Positions 38,856 to 50,106 of a DNA stretch of 64,000 nucleotides are shown one piece after another; the first letter of the stretch is position 1, and each line of letters begins with the position of its first letter. The DNA is from an uncultured Lachnoclostridium sp. (GTDB lineage Bacteria; Bacillota; Clostridia; Lachnospirales; Lachnospiraceae): contig CAJMFH010000001.1 of NCBI GenBank assembly GCA_905212635.1, positions 17,576 through 81,575 on the forward strand, written 5' to 3'. The translations under genes and the position numbers were made by a program. The notes beneath the pieces are model-generated. The model was not told where the DNA came from. It searched no databases and saw only the letters and a list, made by a program, of their open reading frames with translations.

Positions 38856-39772
38856 GTGAAAAGAAAGGATTTTTTGGACGACTGAAAAGTGGTCTGTCAA
38901 AGACCAGAGATTCTTTTGTATCCGGTATGAATGCGGTTTTTTCCGGTTTTTCTGAAATTGATGACGATTTTTATGAAGAGCTGGAAGAGCAGCTCGTTAT
39001 GGCAGATATCGGAATGGAGACGACGACACGAATTATCGAGGATCTTCAGGAAAAAGTAAAAGAACAGAAAATCAAAGAGGCAGCTCTGTGCCGGGAATTG
39101 TTAAAAGATTCCATCAAAGAACAGATGCGCGTTGATGAGGGCGCTTATGATTTTGAAAATAAAAAGTCCGTTGTATTATTTATCGGAGTAAACGGCGTCG
39201 GAAAGACAACCAGTGTGGGAAAACTTTCCCATCAGTTGAAAGATTCGGGAAAGAAAGTTCTTTTAGCCGCTGCCGATACATTCCGTGCCGGAGCGATCGA
39301 CCAGTTAAAAGAATGGTCCAACCGTGCCGGAGTGGAAATCATCGCCGGACAGGAAGGAGCCGATCCTGCTTCCATCGTTTACGATGCGGTTGCCGCAGCA
39401 AAAGCCAGAAAAACCGACTTACTTTTGTGCGATACTGCCGGACGTCTTCATAACAAAAAGAACCTGATGGCAGAACTTCATAAAATATATAAGATCATTG
39501 AAAACGAATACGCCGATGCCCATCTTGAAACTTTTATTGTCGTAGATGGAACGACCGGACAAAATGCTTTGGTACAAGCCAGACAGTTTAGTGAAGTAAC
39601 CGACATCACCGGCGTTATCTTAACCAAACTCGACGGAACTGCAAAGGGCGGTATTGCGATCGCCATTCAGTCCGAACTGGGAATTCCTGTCAAATACATT
39701 GGTATTGGAGAAGGGATCGAAGATTTACAAAAATTTGATGCCGACGCTTTTGTCGATGCATTATTTGAATAA
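38852..39772 (+). CDS. ftsY: SRP receptor
   Basis: GVNGVGKTT, DTFRA, DTAGR, TKLDGTAKGG motifs. Confidence 0.97.
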   Translation: MSEKKGFFGRLKSGLSKTRDSFVSGMNAVFSGFSEIDDDFYEELEEQLVMADIGMETTTRIIEDLQEKVKEQKIKEAALCRELLKDSIKEQMRVDEGAYDFENKKSVVLFIGVNGVGKTTSVGKLSHQLKDSGKKVLLAAADTFRAGAIDQLKEWSNRAGVEIIAGQEGADPASIVYDAVAAAKARKTDLLLCDTAGRLHNKKNLMAELHKIYKIIENEYADAHLETFIVVDGTTGQNALVQARQFSEVTDITGVILTKLDGTAKGGIAIAIQSELGIPVKYIGIGEGIEDLQKFDADAFVDALFE

Positions 39773-39792
39773 AAACGGAGGACATAACAACC

Positions 39793-41013
39793 ATGATGAC
39801 ATTAGAGAAATTTGAAGAAGCAAGCGAACGCGTAAAGGAAGTCATCCTTCCTACGAACTTAATTTACAGTGAATATTACAGTGCCCAGACAGGCGCAAAA
39901 GTATACTTTAAGCCGGAAAATATGCAGTATACCGGTGCCTATAAAGTGCGTGGTGCGTATTATAAGATCAGCACACTTTCGGAAGAAGAACGTGCCAAAG
40001 GACTGATCACGGCCTCTGCCGGAAACCATGCACAGGGAGTTGCTTATGCTGCAAAAATCTTTGGTGTAAAAGCTGTGATCGTTATGCCTACGACAACCCC
40101 ATTGATCAAAGTAAACCGTACCAAGAGTTACGGAGCAGAAGTCGTTCTTCACGGTGATGTTTACGATGATGCCTGTGCTTATGCTATGAAACTGGCAGAA
40201 GAGAACGGCTATACTTTCGTTCACCCCTTTGATGACGAAGTCGTTGCTACCGGACAGGGATCGATCGCAATGGAGATCTTTAAAGAACTTCCTACCGTTG
40301 ATATCATTTTAGTACCGATCGGTGGCGGTGGACTTGCCTGTGGTGTTTCCACACTTGCAAAATTATTGAATCCAAACATTACTGTAATCGGTGTAGAGCC
40401 GGCGGGTGCAAATTGTATGCAGGTTTCTCTGAAAAACGGAGAAGTTACTTCACTGCCTGGTGTAAGTACGATTGCCGACGGTACTGCCGTAAAAACACCG
40501 GGATCCAATATTTTCCCATACATTCAGAAAAACATTGATGATATCATCACCGTAGATGACCATGACTTGATCGTAAATTTTTTGGATATGATGGAAAATC
40601 ACAAAATGGTCGTTGAAAATTCCGGTCTGCTTACCGTAGCAGCCTTAAAAAAATTAGATATCCGTGGCAAAAAAGTCGTTTCCATCCTGAGTGGTGGAAA
40701 TATGGACGTCATTACAATCGCCTCGGTTGTTCAGCACGGATTGATCCAGCGCGGACGTGTCTTTACCGTATCCGTTGAACTTCCGGACCGACCGGGTGAA
40801 CTGCTTCATGTCGCCGAAGTGATTGCCAAAGCACAGGGAAATATCATTCGTCTGGAGCATAACCAGTTTGTCAGCATCAACCGAAATGCTGCAGTAGAAC
40901 TTACTATCACGATGGAAGCCTTTGGCCACGAACATAAAGAGTCCATCATTCAGGCATTGAAGGATGCCGGATATCAGCCGAAAAACCAGATGCCTACAGC
41001 GATTTATCAATAA
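39793..41013 (+). CDS. ilvA: Threonine ammonia-lyase with ACT domain
   Basis: TGAYKVRGA, ASAGNHAQG, GGGGL, SGGN motifs and C-terminal ACT (DRPGEL). Confidence 0.94.
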   Translation: MMTLEKFEEASERVKEVILPTNLIYSEYYSAQTGAKVYFKPENMQYTGAYKVRGAYYKISTLSEEERAKGLITASAGNHAQGVAYAAKIFGVKAVIVMPTTTPLIKVNRTKSYGAEVVLHGDVYDDACAYAMKLAEENGYTFVHPFDDEVVATGQGSIAMEIFKELPTVDIILVPIGGGGLACGVSTLAKLLNPNITVIGVEPAGANCMQVSLKNGEVTSLPGVSTIADGTAVKTPGSNIFPYIQKNIDDIITVDDHDLIVNFLDMMENHKMVVENSGLLTVAALKKLDIRGKKVVSILSGGNMDVITIASVVQHGLIQRGRVFTVSVELPDRPGELLHVAEVIAKAQGNIIRLEHNQFVSINRNAAVELTITMEAFGHEHKESIIQALKDAGYQPKNQMPTAIYQ

Positions 41014-41032
41014 AAGAACGGAGAATACCATC

Positions 41033-42277
41033 ATGAGTTATGAACAAAGTTTATTATTTACTCCCGAAGGAGTGCGGGATATCTACGGAATCGAATGCGA
41101 AAAACGAAGAAAGATCGAAGCAGATATCCATAAAATCATGAAATCCTATGGATTTAAGGACATTCAGACCCCAACTTACGAATTTTTCGATATTTTCAAC
41201 CGGGAACGTGGAACCGTTGCCTCGAAAGATATGTTTAAATTTTTCGACCAATACAATAATACACTGGTGCTTCGCCCGGACATCACGCCGTCGATCGCAC
41301 GCTGCGTTGCTAAATATTATGAGCAGGAAACAATGCCGATCCGATTGTCTTATTGTGGAAGCACCTTTATCCACCGCCGCGGATATCAGGGTAAAATGTC
41401 TGAAATTTCACAGATTGGTGCGGAATTGATGAATGACGGAAGTTCCGATGCGGATGCAGAAATGATTGCACTTACTGTAGAATGTCTGGCAAAATCCGGA
41501 TTGAAAGAGTTTAAGATCGATGTCGGTCACGCCGGCCTGATTCGGGGAATTTTGGAAGAAGCTCATTTTAACAAAGAGGAGATTGCAGAATACAAAAAAT
41601 ATGTTGCCAATAAAAATATTTTTGCCGTGGAAGAAATGATGGAATCCCAGAATATTTCTGCCAATCTGAAGGAATTTTTAATCCGCCTTCCGGATCTTTT
41701 CGGCGGAAAAGAAGTTTTGGAATATGCGAGAAAATGCGTGACACGTCAGGAAGCAATCGAAGCGCTTGACCGCTTGGACACCGTATATGACATCTTGGTA
41801 AGTTACGGTCTGGAGCAGAATATCACTTACGATTTAAGTATGCTCAGCCATTATGATTACTATACCGGCATCATTTTCAAAGCCTATACCTATGGTACCG
41901 GCGAAGCACTGGTAACCGGCGGCCGCTACGACAACCTGATTGAACAGTTTGGCAAAAAAGCCTCTGCGGTCGGTTTGGCGATTGTCCTGGATCAGTTGAT
42001 GAATGCTCTTGCCAGTCAGGAAGTAGACATTGATACTGACCAGTCCGGTATCCTCGTTCTGTACCGTTCTGCCAACCGCAAAGAGGCAATACAGCTGGCA
42101 AATGAAGAACGCGCCAAAGGCCATTGTGTACTTACCATGCGGAAAAATGCTGCCACTCCGATGGATCTCTATGAAGATTATGCAGCCCGCAATCAGATTT
42201 CCCGGATTCTCTATGTGGAAGCCGGAAAATGTACACAATTTGAACGTGAAAATACCAATTGGAGGGAAACCAAATGA
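41033..42277 (+). CDS. hisZ: ATP phosphoribosyltransferase regulatory subunit
   Basis: TPEGVRD, LRPDITPSIAR, QIGAE, YYTG, GGRYD motifs. Precedes the short hisG. Confidence 0.94.
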   Translation: MSYEQSLLFTPEGVRDIYGIECEKRRKIEADIHKIMKSYGFKDIQTPTYEFFDIFNRERGTVASKDMFKFFDQYNNTLVLRPDITPSIARCVAKYYEQETMPIRLSYCGSTFIHRRGYQGKMSEISQIGAELMNDGSSDADAEMIALTVECLAKSGLKEFKIDVGHAGLIRGILEEAHFNKEEIAEYKKYVANKNIFAVEEMMESQNISANLKEFLIRLPDLFGGKEVLEYARKCVTRQEAIEALDRLDTVYDILVSYGLEQNITYDLSMLSHYDYYTGIIFKAYTYGTGEALVTGGRYDNLIEQFGKKASAVGLAIVLDQLMNALASQEVDIDTDQSGILVLYRSANRKEAIQLANEERAKGHCVLTMRKNAATPMDLYEDYAARNQISRILYVEAGKCTQFERENTNWRETK

Positions 42278-42924
42278 AATATATAACGATTGCGCTGGCA
42301 AAGGGACGTTTGGCAAAACAGACGTTACAATTACTGGAACAGACCGGCATAACCTGTGAGGAGATGAAAGACAAAGATACCCGTAAACTTATCTTTGTCA
42401 ATGAAGAATTGAAATTGAAATTCTTTCTTTCCAAAACTTCTGACGTGCCTACATATGTAGAATACGGTGCCGCAGACATCGGTGTTGTCGGAAGTGATAC
42501 CATTTTGGAAGAAGGACGCAAAATTCTGGAAGTGCTTGATCTTGGGCTTGGAAAATGCCGTATGTGCGTCGCAGGACCGGCAAGTGCCAAAGAGCTTCTG
42601 AAGACAAACCAGATCATCCGCGTGGCTTCCAAATACCCTAAAATTGCGAAAGATTATTTTTACAATAAAAAACATCAAAACGTAGAAATTGTGAAACTGA
42701 ACGGATCGGTCGAACTGGCTCCGATCGTAGGACTTTCCGAAGTTATCGTAGATATCGTGGAAACCGGATCTACCCTTCGTGAAAACGGATTGGAAGTCCT
42801 TGAAGAGATCTGTCCGCTTTCCGCACGCGTCGTTGTAAATGAAGCAAGTATGAAAATGCAGCGCGAACGAATCACAAAAATTGTAAAAGATTTAAAAAAT
42901 ACACTGACAACATCGGAAAAATAA
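42274..42924 (+). CDS. hisG: ATP phosphoribosyltransferase (short form)
   Basis: IALAKGR, GSVELAP, DIVETGSTL motifs. Confidence 0.96.
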   Translation: MKYITIALAKGRLAKQTLQLLEQTGITCEEMKDKDTRKLIFVNEELKLKFFLSKTSDVPTYVEYGAADIGVVGSDTILEEGRKILEVLDLGLGKCRMCVAGPASAKELLKTNQIIRVASKYPKIAKDYFYNKKHQNVEIVKLNGSVELAPIVGLSEVIVDIVETGSTLRENGLEVLEEICPLSARVVVNEASMKMQRERITKIVKDLKNTLTTSEK

Positions 42925-42943
42925 GAAAGAAAGGTGACATGAT

Positions 42944-44242
42944 ATGAAATGTATGAAACTGGAAGAATCTTCCATTGATAACATTTTGGAGAATCTCTTA
43001 AAACGCAGTCCAAATCAATATGATACCTATCAGGATACCGTTGCTGAGATTTTAAATGATGTAAAAGAAAACGGTGACAAAGCGCTTTTTGCGTATACCG
43101 AGAAATTTGATAAAGCAGTAATCACAAAAGATACAATCAAAGTAACAGAAGAGGAGATCAAAGAAGCTTACGACCAAGTCGATGATTCCCTGATCGAAGT
43201 GATGAAAAAATCGCTGGCGAACATCCGTGATTTTCACGAAAAGCAGCTCCGCAACAGCTGGTTTGAGACAAGAGAAGATGGCGTTATCCTCGGGCAGCGT
43301 ATCACAGCTCTGGAAAGTGTCGGTGTCTATGTTCCGGGCGGAAAAGCAGCCTATCCATCCAGTGTATTGATGAATATAATCCCGGCTAAAGTAGCCGGGG
43401 TAAAACGTATTGTGATGACAACCCCTCCGGGAAAAGATGGAAAAGTAACCCCTGTCACACTGGTAGCAGCACATCTTGCCGGTGCTACAGAAGTATACAA
43501 AGTCGGTGGTGCGCAGGCAATAGGCGCACTTGCTTATGGAACCGATTCCATCAAAAAAGTATGTAAGATATGCGGCCCCGGTAATATATTTGTTGCGCTT
43601 GCGAAAAAGGCCGTTTACGGACATGTCAGCATTGATTCCATCGCAGGTCCAAGTGAAATTCTGGTACTGGCGGATGAAACAGCCAATCCACGCTATGTGG
43701 CAGCGGATCTTTTGTCACAGGCGGAACACGATGAACTGGCATCTGCCATCCTCGTTACCACAAGCGAAACCCTCGCAAAAGAGGTAGAAAAAGAGATTGA
43801 AGGCTTTTTACAGACATTAAGCCGTGCCGATATTATCCGTAAATCACTGGATAATTATGGATATCTTCTGGTTGCGCCGGATATGAAATCCGCGATTCAC
43901 ACAGCCAATGAAATTGCCTCTGAACATTTGGAAATTATTACCAAAGATCCATTTGATACCATGACCCGCATCGAGAATGCAGGTGCCATTTTCTTAGGCG
44001 AATACAGCAGTGAACCTTTGGGCGATTATTTTGCCGGACCAAACCACGTCCTTCCGACAAACGGAACCGCAAAATTCTTTTCCCCGCTGAATGTAGACGA
44101 TTTTATCAAAAAATCCAGTGTAATCTCGTATTCAAGGGAAGCATTGGAGCCGATTCACAAAGATATCATCGAATTTGCTACCGCCGAACACCTGACGGCA
44201 CATGCCAATTCCATTGCGGTACGTTTTGAGGATCAGGAGTAA
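42944..44242 (+). CDS. hisD: Histidinol dehydrogenase
   Basis: YVPGG, GPGN, AGPSE, SQAEHD, GPNHVLPT motifs. Confidence 0.97.
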   Translation: MKCMKLEESSIDNILENLLKRSPNQYDTYQDTVAEILNDVKENGDKALFAYTEKFDKAVITKDTIKVTEEEIKEAYDQVDDSLIEVMKKSLANIRDFHEKQLRNSWFETREDGVILGQRITALESVGVYVPGGKAAYPSSVLMNIIPAKVAGVKRIVMTTPPGKDGKVTPVTLVAAHLAGATEVYKVGGAQAIGALAYGTDSIKKVCKICGPGNIFVALAKKAVYGHVSIDSIAGPSEILVLADETANPRYVAADLLSQAEHDELASAILVTTSETLAKEVEKEIEGFLQTLSRADIIRKSLDNYGYLLVAPDMKSAIHTANEIASEHLEIITKDPFDTMTRIENAGAIFLGEYSSEPLGDYFAGPNHVLPTNGTAKFFSPLNVDDFIKKSSVISYSREALEPIHKDIIEFATAEHLTAHANSIAVRFEDQE

Positions 44243-44245
44243 TCA

Positions 44246-44902
44246 ATGAATAAAAAACTATTTTTGTTTGACTTAGACGGTACGTTGTCCGATTCCAGCG
44301 AAGGAATTACAAAAGCTGTTTCTTATGCCTTGGAAGCCTTTGGGATCCAAGTCGCAAACCGAAAGGAATTATGCTGTTTTATCGGTCCGCCATTACCCGA
44401 ATCCTTTCGTAAATTTTATGGATTCAATGACGAAGAGGCAGCTCGTGCTACCGAGATTTACCGTTCATATTACAATGTGACCGGCAAATTTGAAAATACC
44501 CCGTATCCGGGAATCAAAGAATTGCTGGTTTGCATGAAAGAACGTGGGATTCCGGCAATGGTTGCCACTTCAAAACCAATTGTAACAGCAACTGAGATAT
44601 TGGAGCATTTTGGCTTTCTGCCTTATTTTGAAAAAATTGCCGGAAGTGTTCCGGAAGAAGGCCGCTACAAAAAGACAGAAGTGCTGTCATGGCTTTTGTC
44701 CCAGATTGATCTGCCAAAAGAGCAGATCGTCATGATCGGTGACCATCCCGATGACATCCACGGCGCAAGAGGCAATGGCATCGACTGTATCGGTGTTCTG
44801 TATGGATTTGGAAACAAAGACCAGATCAATGCAGCCTCACCGGCTTTTACAGCAGAGACAGTAGAAGAGCTTGCCTCCCTTATCCTAGGACGCGGGAACT
44901 GA
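44246..44902 (+). CDS. HAD-family hydrolase (phosphoglycolate phosphatase-like)
   Basis: FDLDGTL, ATSK, IGD...D motifs. Confidence 0.9.
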   Translation: MNKKLFLFDLDGTLSDSSEGITKAVSYALEAFGIQVANRKELCCFIGPPLPESFRKFYGFNDEEAARATEIYRSYYNVTGKFENTPYPGIKELLVCMKERGIPAMVATSKPIVTATEILEHFGFLPYFEKIAGSVPEEGRYKKTEVLSWLLSQIDLPKEQIVMIGDHPDDIHGARGNGIDCIGVLYGFGNKDQINAASPAFTAETVEELASLILGRGN

Positions 44903-44933
44903 CGAAAAACAGCCAAAAAAAGTAAGAAAATAC

Positions 44934-44962
44934 TTGACGAAGTCCAAAATATATGATATATT
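44934..44962 (+). promoter_or_regulatory. Sigma-A promoter for rplS
   Basis: TTGACG-N17-TATATT with a TG extension. Confidence 0.7.
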
Positions 44963-44982
44963 TTTCATGTTGTTAAAAAATA

Positions 44983-45036
44983 GATGGTCCTCTGGTGCGT
45001 TATGCAGGACATAACAGAAAAGGCATTAAGAACATC
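44983..45036 (+). ncRNA. Putative L19 leader RNA
   Basis: GATGGTC/GAACATC outer stem, TGGTGC/GCATTA, and GTTATG/CATAAC hairpin upstream of rplS. Confidence 0.6.
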
Positions 45037-45059
45037 AAAAACAAGTAGGAGGAACAACA

Positions 45060-45407
45060 ATGAACGAAATTATTAAGAAAATCGAAGCAGAACAGATGAA
45101 AAGTGAAATTCCTGAATTTCACGTTGGCGATACGGTAAAAGTATACGCAAAAGTTATCGAGGGAAGCCGTGAAAGAACACAGGTTTTCGAAGGTGTTGTA
45201 TTGAAGAGACAGGGCGGAAGCAACCGTGAAACATTTACGGTTCGTAAGAACTCCAATGGTATCGGTGTTGAAAAGACTTGGCCGCTTCATTCTCCAATCG
45301 TTGAGAAGATCGAGATTGTTCGTCTTGGTAAAGTTAGACGTGCAAAATTGAATTACCTTCGTGATCGTGTTGGAAAAGCTGCTAAGGTAAAAGAATTAGT
45401 TCGCTAA
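45060..45407 (+). CDS. rplS: 50S ribosomal protein L19
   Basis: [23 protein letters not shown] motifs. Confidence 0.98.
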   Translation: MNEIIKKIEAEQMKSEIPEFHVGDTVKVYAKVIEGSRERTQVFEGVVLKRQGGSNRETFTVRKNSNGIGVEKTWPLHSPIVEKIEIVRLGKVRRAKLNYLRDRVGKAAKVKELVR

Positions 45408-45431
45408 GAATTACAAACATGTTTATTGTTA

Positions 45432-45473
45432 ATAGTGTATGTTATAGCTTCTGCCGTAGCATACACTATGTTT
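45432..45473 (+). terminator. Terminator after rplS
   Basis: ATAGTGTATGTTAT / GTAGCATACACTAT. Confidence 0.65.
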
Positions 45474-45540
45474 CTATATAGAGTGTTTTTTTACAAAAAC
45501 AGGTATTGCAGGTATTTTGCAGAAAGAAAGGGAATTTGTT

Positions 45541-46158
45541 TTGAATTTAAATTTTGATGAAGAGATCAAAAAACAAAAACGGAAAAAATTGATCAAAACG
45601 TCTTTGATCTGGCTGATAGAAATTGTGGTCGTAATTGCTGCCGCCTATTTTCTGGTACACTTTTGTTACCGCCGTACAAGCACGATCGGATCTGCAATGG
45701 AACCGACCCTTTACAACGGACAAGAAGTATTTATTAACACCAAAGCATATCTCCTTGCTTCTCCCAAACGCGAAGCCGTGATCGCTTTTTATGAAAAGGA
45801 AAAACAAGAAGGAGAAGAGGAACCATTGATCAGCATTCGCCGTGTAATTGGTCTTCCCGGTGAAAAAATCCAGATTTCCGATGGAAAAATCCGAATCAAT
45901 GGAGAAGAATATCAATCCAAATATACGTATTCCGCTATGACAACCGGAGGCATTGCCGAACAGGAACAAACACTAGGGGACGATGAATATTTTGTGCTTT
46001 GTGATTCCCGTGCCAATACCGATGACAGTCGAAATTCTGCCTTTGGAATGGTAAAAAAATCACAGATCATCGGAAAAGTTTCTTTCCGTTTAAAACCATT
46101 TTCCAGAGTCACAAGACCTGAACAAAAAACAACACAAATACAAGAAGAGGAGAATTGA
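45541..46158 (+). CDS. Signal peptidase I homologue lacking the catalytic Ser and Lys
   Basis: S26 boxes are present but read GSAMEPTL and IRRVIGLPGE. Start is TTG 45541 (AAGGGA RBS) or 45517. Confidence 0.85.
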   Translation: MNLNFDEEIKKQKRKKLIKTSLIWLIEIVVVIAAAYFLVHFCYRRTSTIGSAMEPTLYNGQEVFINTKAYLLASPKREAVIAFYEKEKQEGEEEPLISIRRVIGLPGEKIQISDGKIRINGEEYQSKYTYSAMTTGGIAEQEQTLGDDEYFVLCDSRANTDDSRNSAFGMVKKSQIIGKVSFRLKPFSRVTRPEQKTTQIQEEEN

Positions 46159-46160
46159 TC

Positions 46161-47015
46161 ATGCATTTTCAGTGGTATCCGGGACATATGACAAAGGCAA
46201 AACGTGCCATGCAGGAAGACATCAAATTAATTGATGTTATCGTGGAACTTGTAGATGCACGTATTCCAAGGAGCAGCAAAAATCCAGATATTGATGCTCT
46301 GGCAAATGGTAAATCCCGCATTTTGCTGTTAAATAAAAGTGACATGGCAGATCCGGTACAGACTGCCCGGTGGAAAGCCTATTATGAAAAACAGGGATTT
46401 TTTGTGCTTGCTGTCAATTCGACCAGACGCAGTGAATTAAAAGCGGTCAATCAGCTGATTCAAAAGGCGTGCAAAGAGAAAATCGAGAGAGACCGCAAAC
46501 GAGGTATTTTAAATCGTCCGATCCGCGCTATGATCGTCGGCATTCCCAATGTCGGAAAATCGACATTTATTAATAGTTTTGCCGGAAAAGCCTGTACAAA
46601 AACAGGAAATAAGCCCGGTGTAACCAAGGGAAAACAATGGATCCGTATCAATAAGCAGGTAGAATTACTGGATACCCCGGGAATTCTCTGGCCGAAATTT
46701 GAAGATCAGACCGTCGGTCTGCGGCTTGCCTTTATCGGCTCCATTAAAGACGAAATATTACAGCGCGTAGAAATTTCTCTAGACCTGATCGAATACCTGA
46801 AAGAGGCCTATCCGGGAACACTGACAGCGCAGTATGGTATTGAAGAATCAAAGGATTCTTCTACAATACTGGAAGAAATCGGAAATGTCCGGAAATGCAT
46901 AAAAAAAGGAACTGAAATTGACTATGAAAAAACTGCCGCCCTTATCCTCGACGATTTTCGCAGCAGCAAACTGGGACTGATCTCCTTAGAGACACCTTCC
47001 GAAACAGAGAAATAA
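46161..47015 (+). CDS. ylqF: Ribosome biogenesis GTPase RbgA/YlqF
   Basis: WYPGHM, DARIP, NKSD, GIPNVGKS, DTPG motifs. Confidence 0.96.
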   Translation: MHFQWYPGHMTKAKRAMQEDIKLIDVIVELVDARIPRSSKNPDIDALANGKSRILLLNKSDMADPVQTARWKAYYEKQGFFVLAVNSTRRSELKAVNQLIQKACKEKIERDRKRGILNRPIRAMIVGIPNVGKSTFINSFAGKACTKTGNKPGVTKGKQWIRINKQVELLDTPGILWPKFEDQTVGLRLAFIGSIKDEILQRVEISLDLIEYLKEAYPGTLTAQYGIEESKDSSTILEEIGNVRKCIKKGTEIDYEKTAALILDDFRSSKLGLISLETPSETEK

Positions 47016-47037
47016 ACGGACAGAAGAGAGGTTTACG

Positions 47038-47979
47038 ATGGAAAACAAATTTGACACTAACGAAATTGAAGAAAGTCTTCGTATCTGTGAAGAACTTTTT
47101 CAAAATAATCCGGATTTTAACAGAAGAGCGCCGAGACCGCTGGAAGCATTGGAACTAGCAAAAAATGTTAATTCCGATATACAGGAAAAATCCGTTGCTG
47201 CCCCGGCACCAAAAACAGAAGAGCCTCAAAAGGAACCAGCCGAGGAATCTGTGATGCCGGCGGCGCCTGTTGTTAAACCAGAGCCTGTTGTTAAGCCAGT
47301 ATCGGACGCGGAACCTAAAACACCCGAAAAACCTGTTGTTTCCTCAGCACCGGCAGAGCCTGCAATCAAGCCGGTACCCGTAACGAAACCGGTACCGGAA
47401 GAAAAACCGGATTCCGATACAGAGACAGAACCGGATTCCAAAGAAGAAAAATCCAAACCAAATATAAAGAAAAATTTGATTGCCTTAGGAATCTGCATTG
47501 TGGTTGCCATTGGAATCGCACTTTTTGTCACAAATTTTGTTGCCAGCCATACCAAGGTGGAGGGAACTTCCATGGAATCTACGCTTGATAACGGCGATGA
47601 TATCATTGTGGAAAAATTTTCCTATTTAACCGGGGATCCGGAGCGCTACGACATTGTTGTATTTCGTCAGAGCGAGTCGGTGAACTACATCAAACGTGTA
47701 ATCGCACTTCCGGGAGAAACGATACAGATTACGGAAGGAAAAATTTATATCAATGAGCGGGCCGTATTTGATGCCTATGGAAATGCCAAAATGGAAGATG
47801 GCGGAATTGCGGAAAAACCGATCAAACTCGGACAAGATGAATATTTTGTTCTGGGCGATAACCGCAATGCCAGCAAAGACAGCCGTGACAAGGCAGTTGG
47901 TGTCATCAAACGTGACCAGATCGTCGGCAAAGCCTGGTTGCGGGTTCTCCCATTTGATCACTTTGGAAAATTAGAATAA
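47038..47979 (+). CDS. lepB: Signal peptidase I with a long Pro/Glu-rich N-terminal extension
   Basis: GTSMESTL, YIKRVIALPGE and GDNRNASKDSR are all intact. Confidence 0.92.
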   Translation: MENKFDTNEIEESLRICEELFQNNPDFNRRAPRPLEALELAKNVNSDIQEKSVAAPAPKTEEPQKEPAEESVMPAAPVVKPEPVVKPVSDAEPKTPEKPVVSSAPAEPAIKPVPVTKPVPEEKPDSDTETEPDSKEEKSKPNIKKNLIALGICIVVAIGIALFVTNFVASHTKVEGTSMESTLDNGDDIIVEKFSYLTGDPERYDIVVFRQSESVNYIKRVIALPGETIQITEGKIYINERAVFDAYGNAKMEDGGIAEKPIKLGQDEYFVLGDNRNASKDSRDKAVGVIKRDQIVGKAWLRVLPFDHFGKLE

Positions 47980-47997
47980 GTAAAGGATGCAGAGAAC

Positions 47998-48462
47998 ATG
48001 GAAATTGAACGTAAATATTTAATTAAACAATTACCGGAAAATCTGGATACTTATCCGCATTTTATCATTGAGCAGGGATATTTATGCACGGAACCAACCA
48101 TTCGCATCCGCCGAAAAAACAACGATTACATTTTGACCTATAAATCCCGGCAAAAGGATTCCTGTGCCATTGACACCTGTGTCAATATAGAAGAAGAGTT
48201 CCCGCTTTCCAAAGAAGCCTATGAACATCTGAAAGAAAAGACCGACGGAATTCTTGTCCGCAAAACGAGATACTGCATTCCTTACCGGAAATATACCATT
48301 GAACTGGATGTGTTTGAGGCACCTTATGAAACCTTAAAAATTGCGGAAGTAGAATTTCCTTCTACTGAAGAAGCAGTCCATTTCTGTCCACCCTCATGGT
48401 TTGGAGAAAATGTAAGCGGTGATTATCATTTTTCTAATTCTTATTTAGCAACAAAAAATTAA
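47998..48462 (+). CDS. CYTH-domain protein
   Basis: EIERKY, QGY, RIR, K.RY, ELD, AEVEF motifs. Confidence 0.92.
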   Translation: MEIERKYLIKQLPENLDTYPHFIIEQGYLCTEPTIRIRRKNNDYILTYKSRQKDSCAIDTCVNIEEEFPLSKEAYEHLKEKTDGILVRKTRYCIPYRKYTIELDVFEAPYETLKIAEVEFPSTEEAVHFCPPSWFGENVSGDYHFSNSYLATKN

Positions 48463-48481
48463 AAAAATGAGAAAAAAGTTC

Positions 48482-48510
48482 TTGTAAATACTCCTGAAAT
48501 ATTATATAAT
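48482..48510 (+). promoter_or_regulatory. Sigma-A promoter for gdhA
   Basis: TTGTAA-N17-TATAAT. Confidence 0.72.
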
Positions 48511-48539
48511 TTTTTTGATATTATTATAAGGAGGTATGA

Positions 48540-49877
<1,338 letters not shown>

Positions 49878-49908
49878 AATATCCTTGTAATAAACATATA
49901 GAACTAAC

Positions 49909-49944
49909 AAATAGGCAGCTGGATTTTTCCACTGCCTATTTTTT
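49909..49944 (+). terminator. Terminator after gdhA
   Basis: AAATAGGCAG-c-TGGA / TCCA-CTGCCTATTT followed by a T run. Confidence 0.8.
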
Positions 49945-50106
49945 CTCATTTTTTTCTTAACTTCCATTTTTTTACAATCCCTTTTCCCGTCCTTTTTTAC
50001 CGCCTTACAATCCCATTTACGACTCTAAACACCTTTTATTGATAGTTGCAGAGCCTGGATTCCTTTGTTAGAATAGGCATCAACAACATTAAAGGAGAGT
50101 GAAGAT

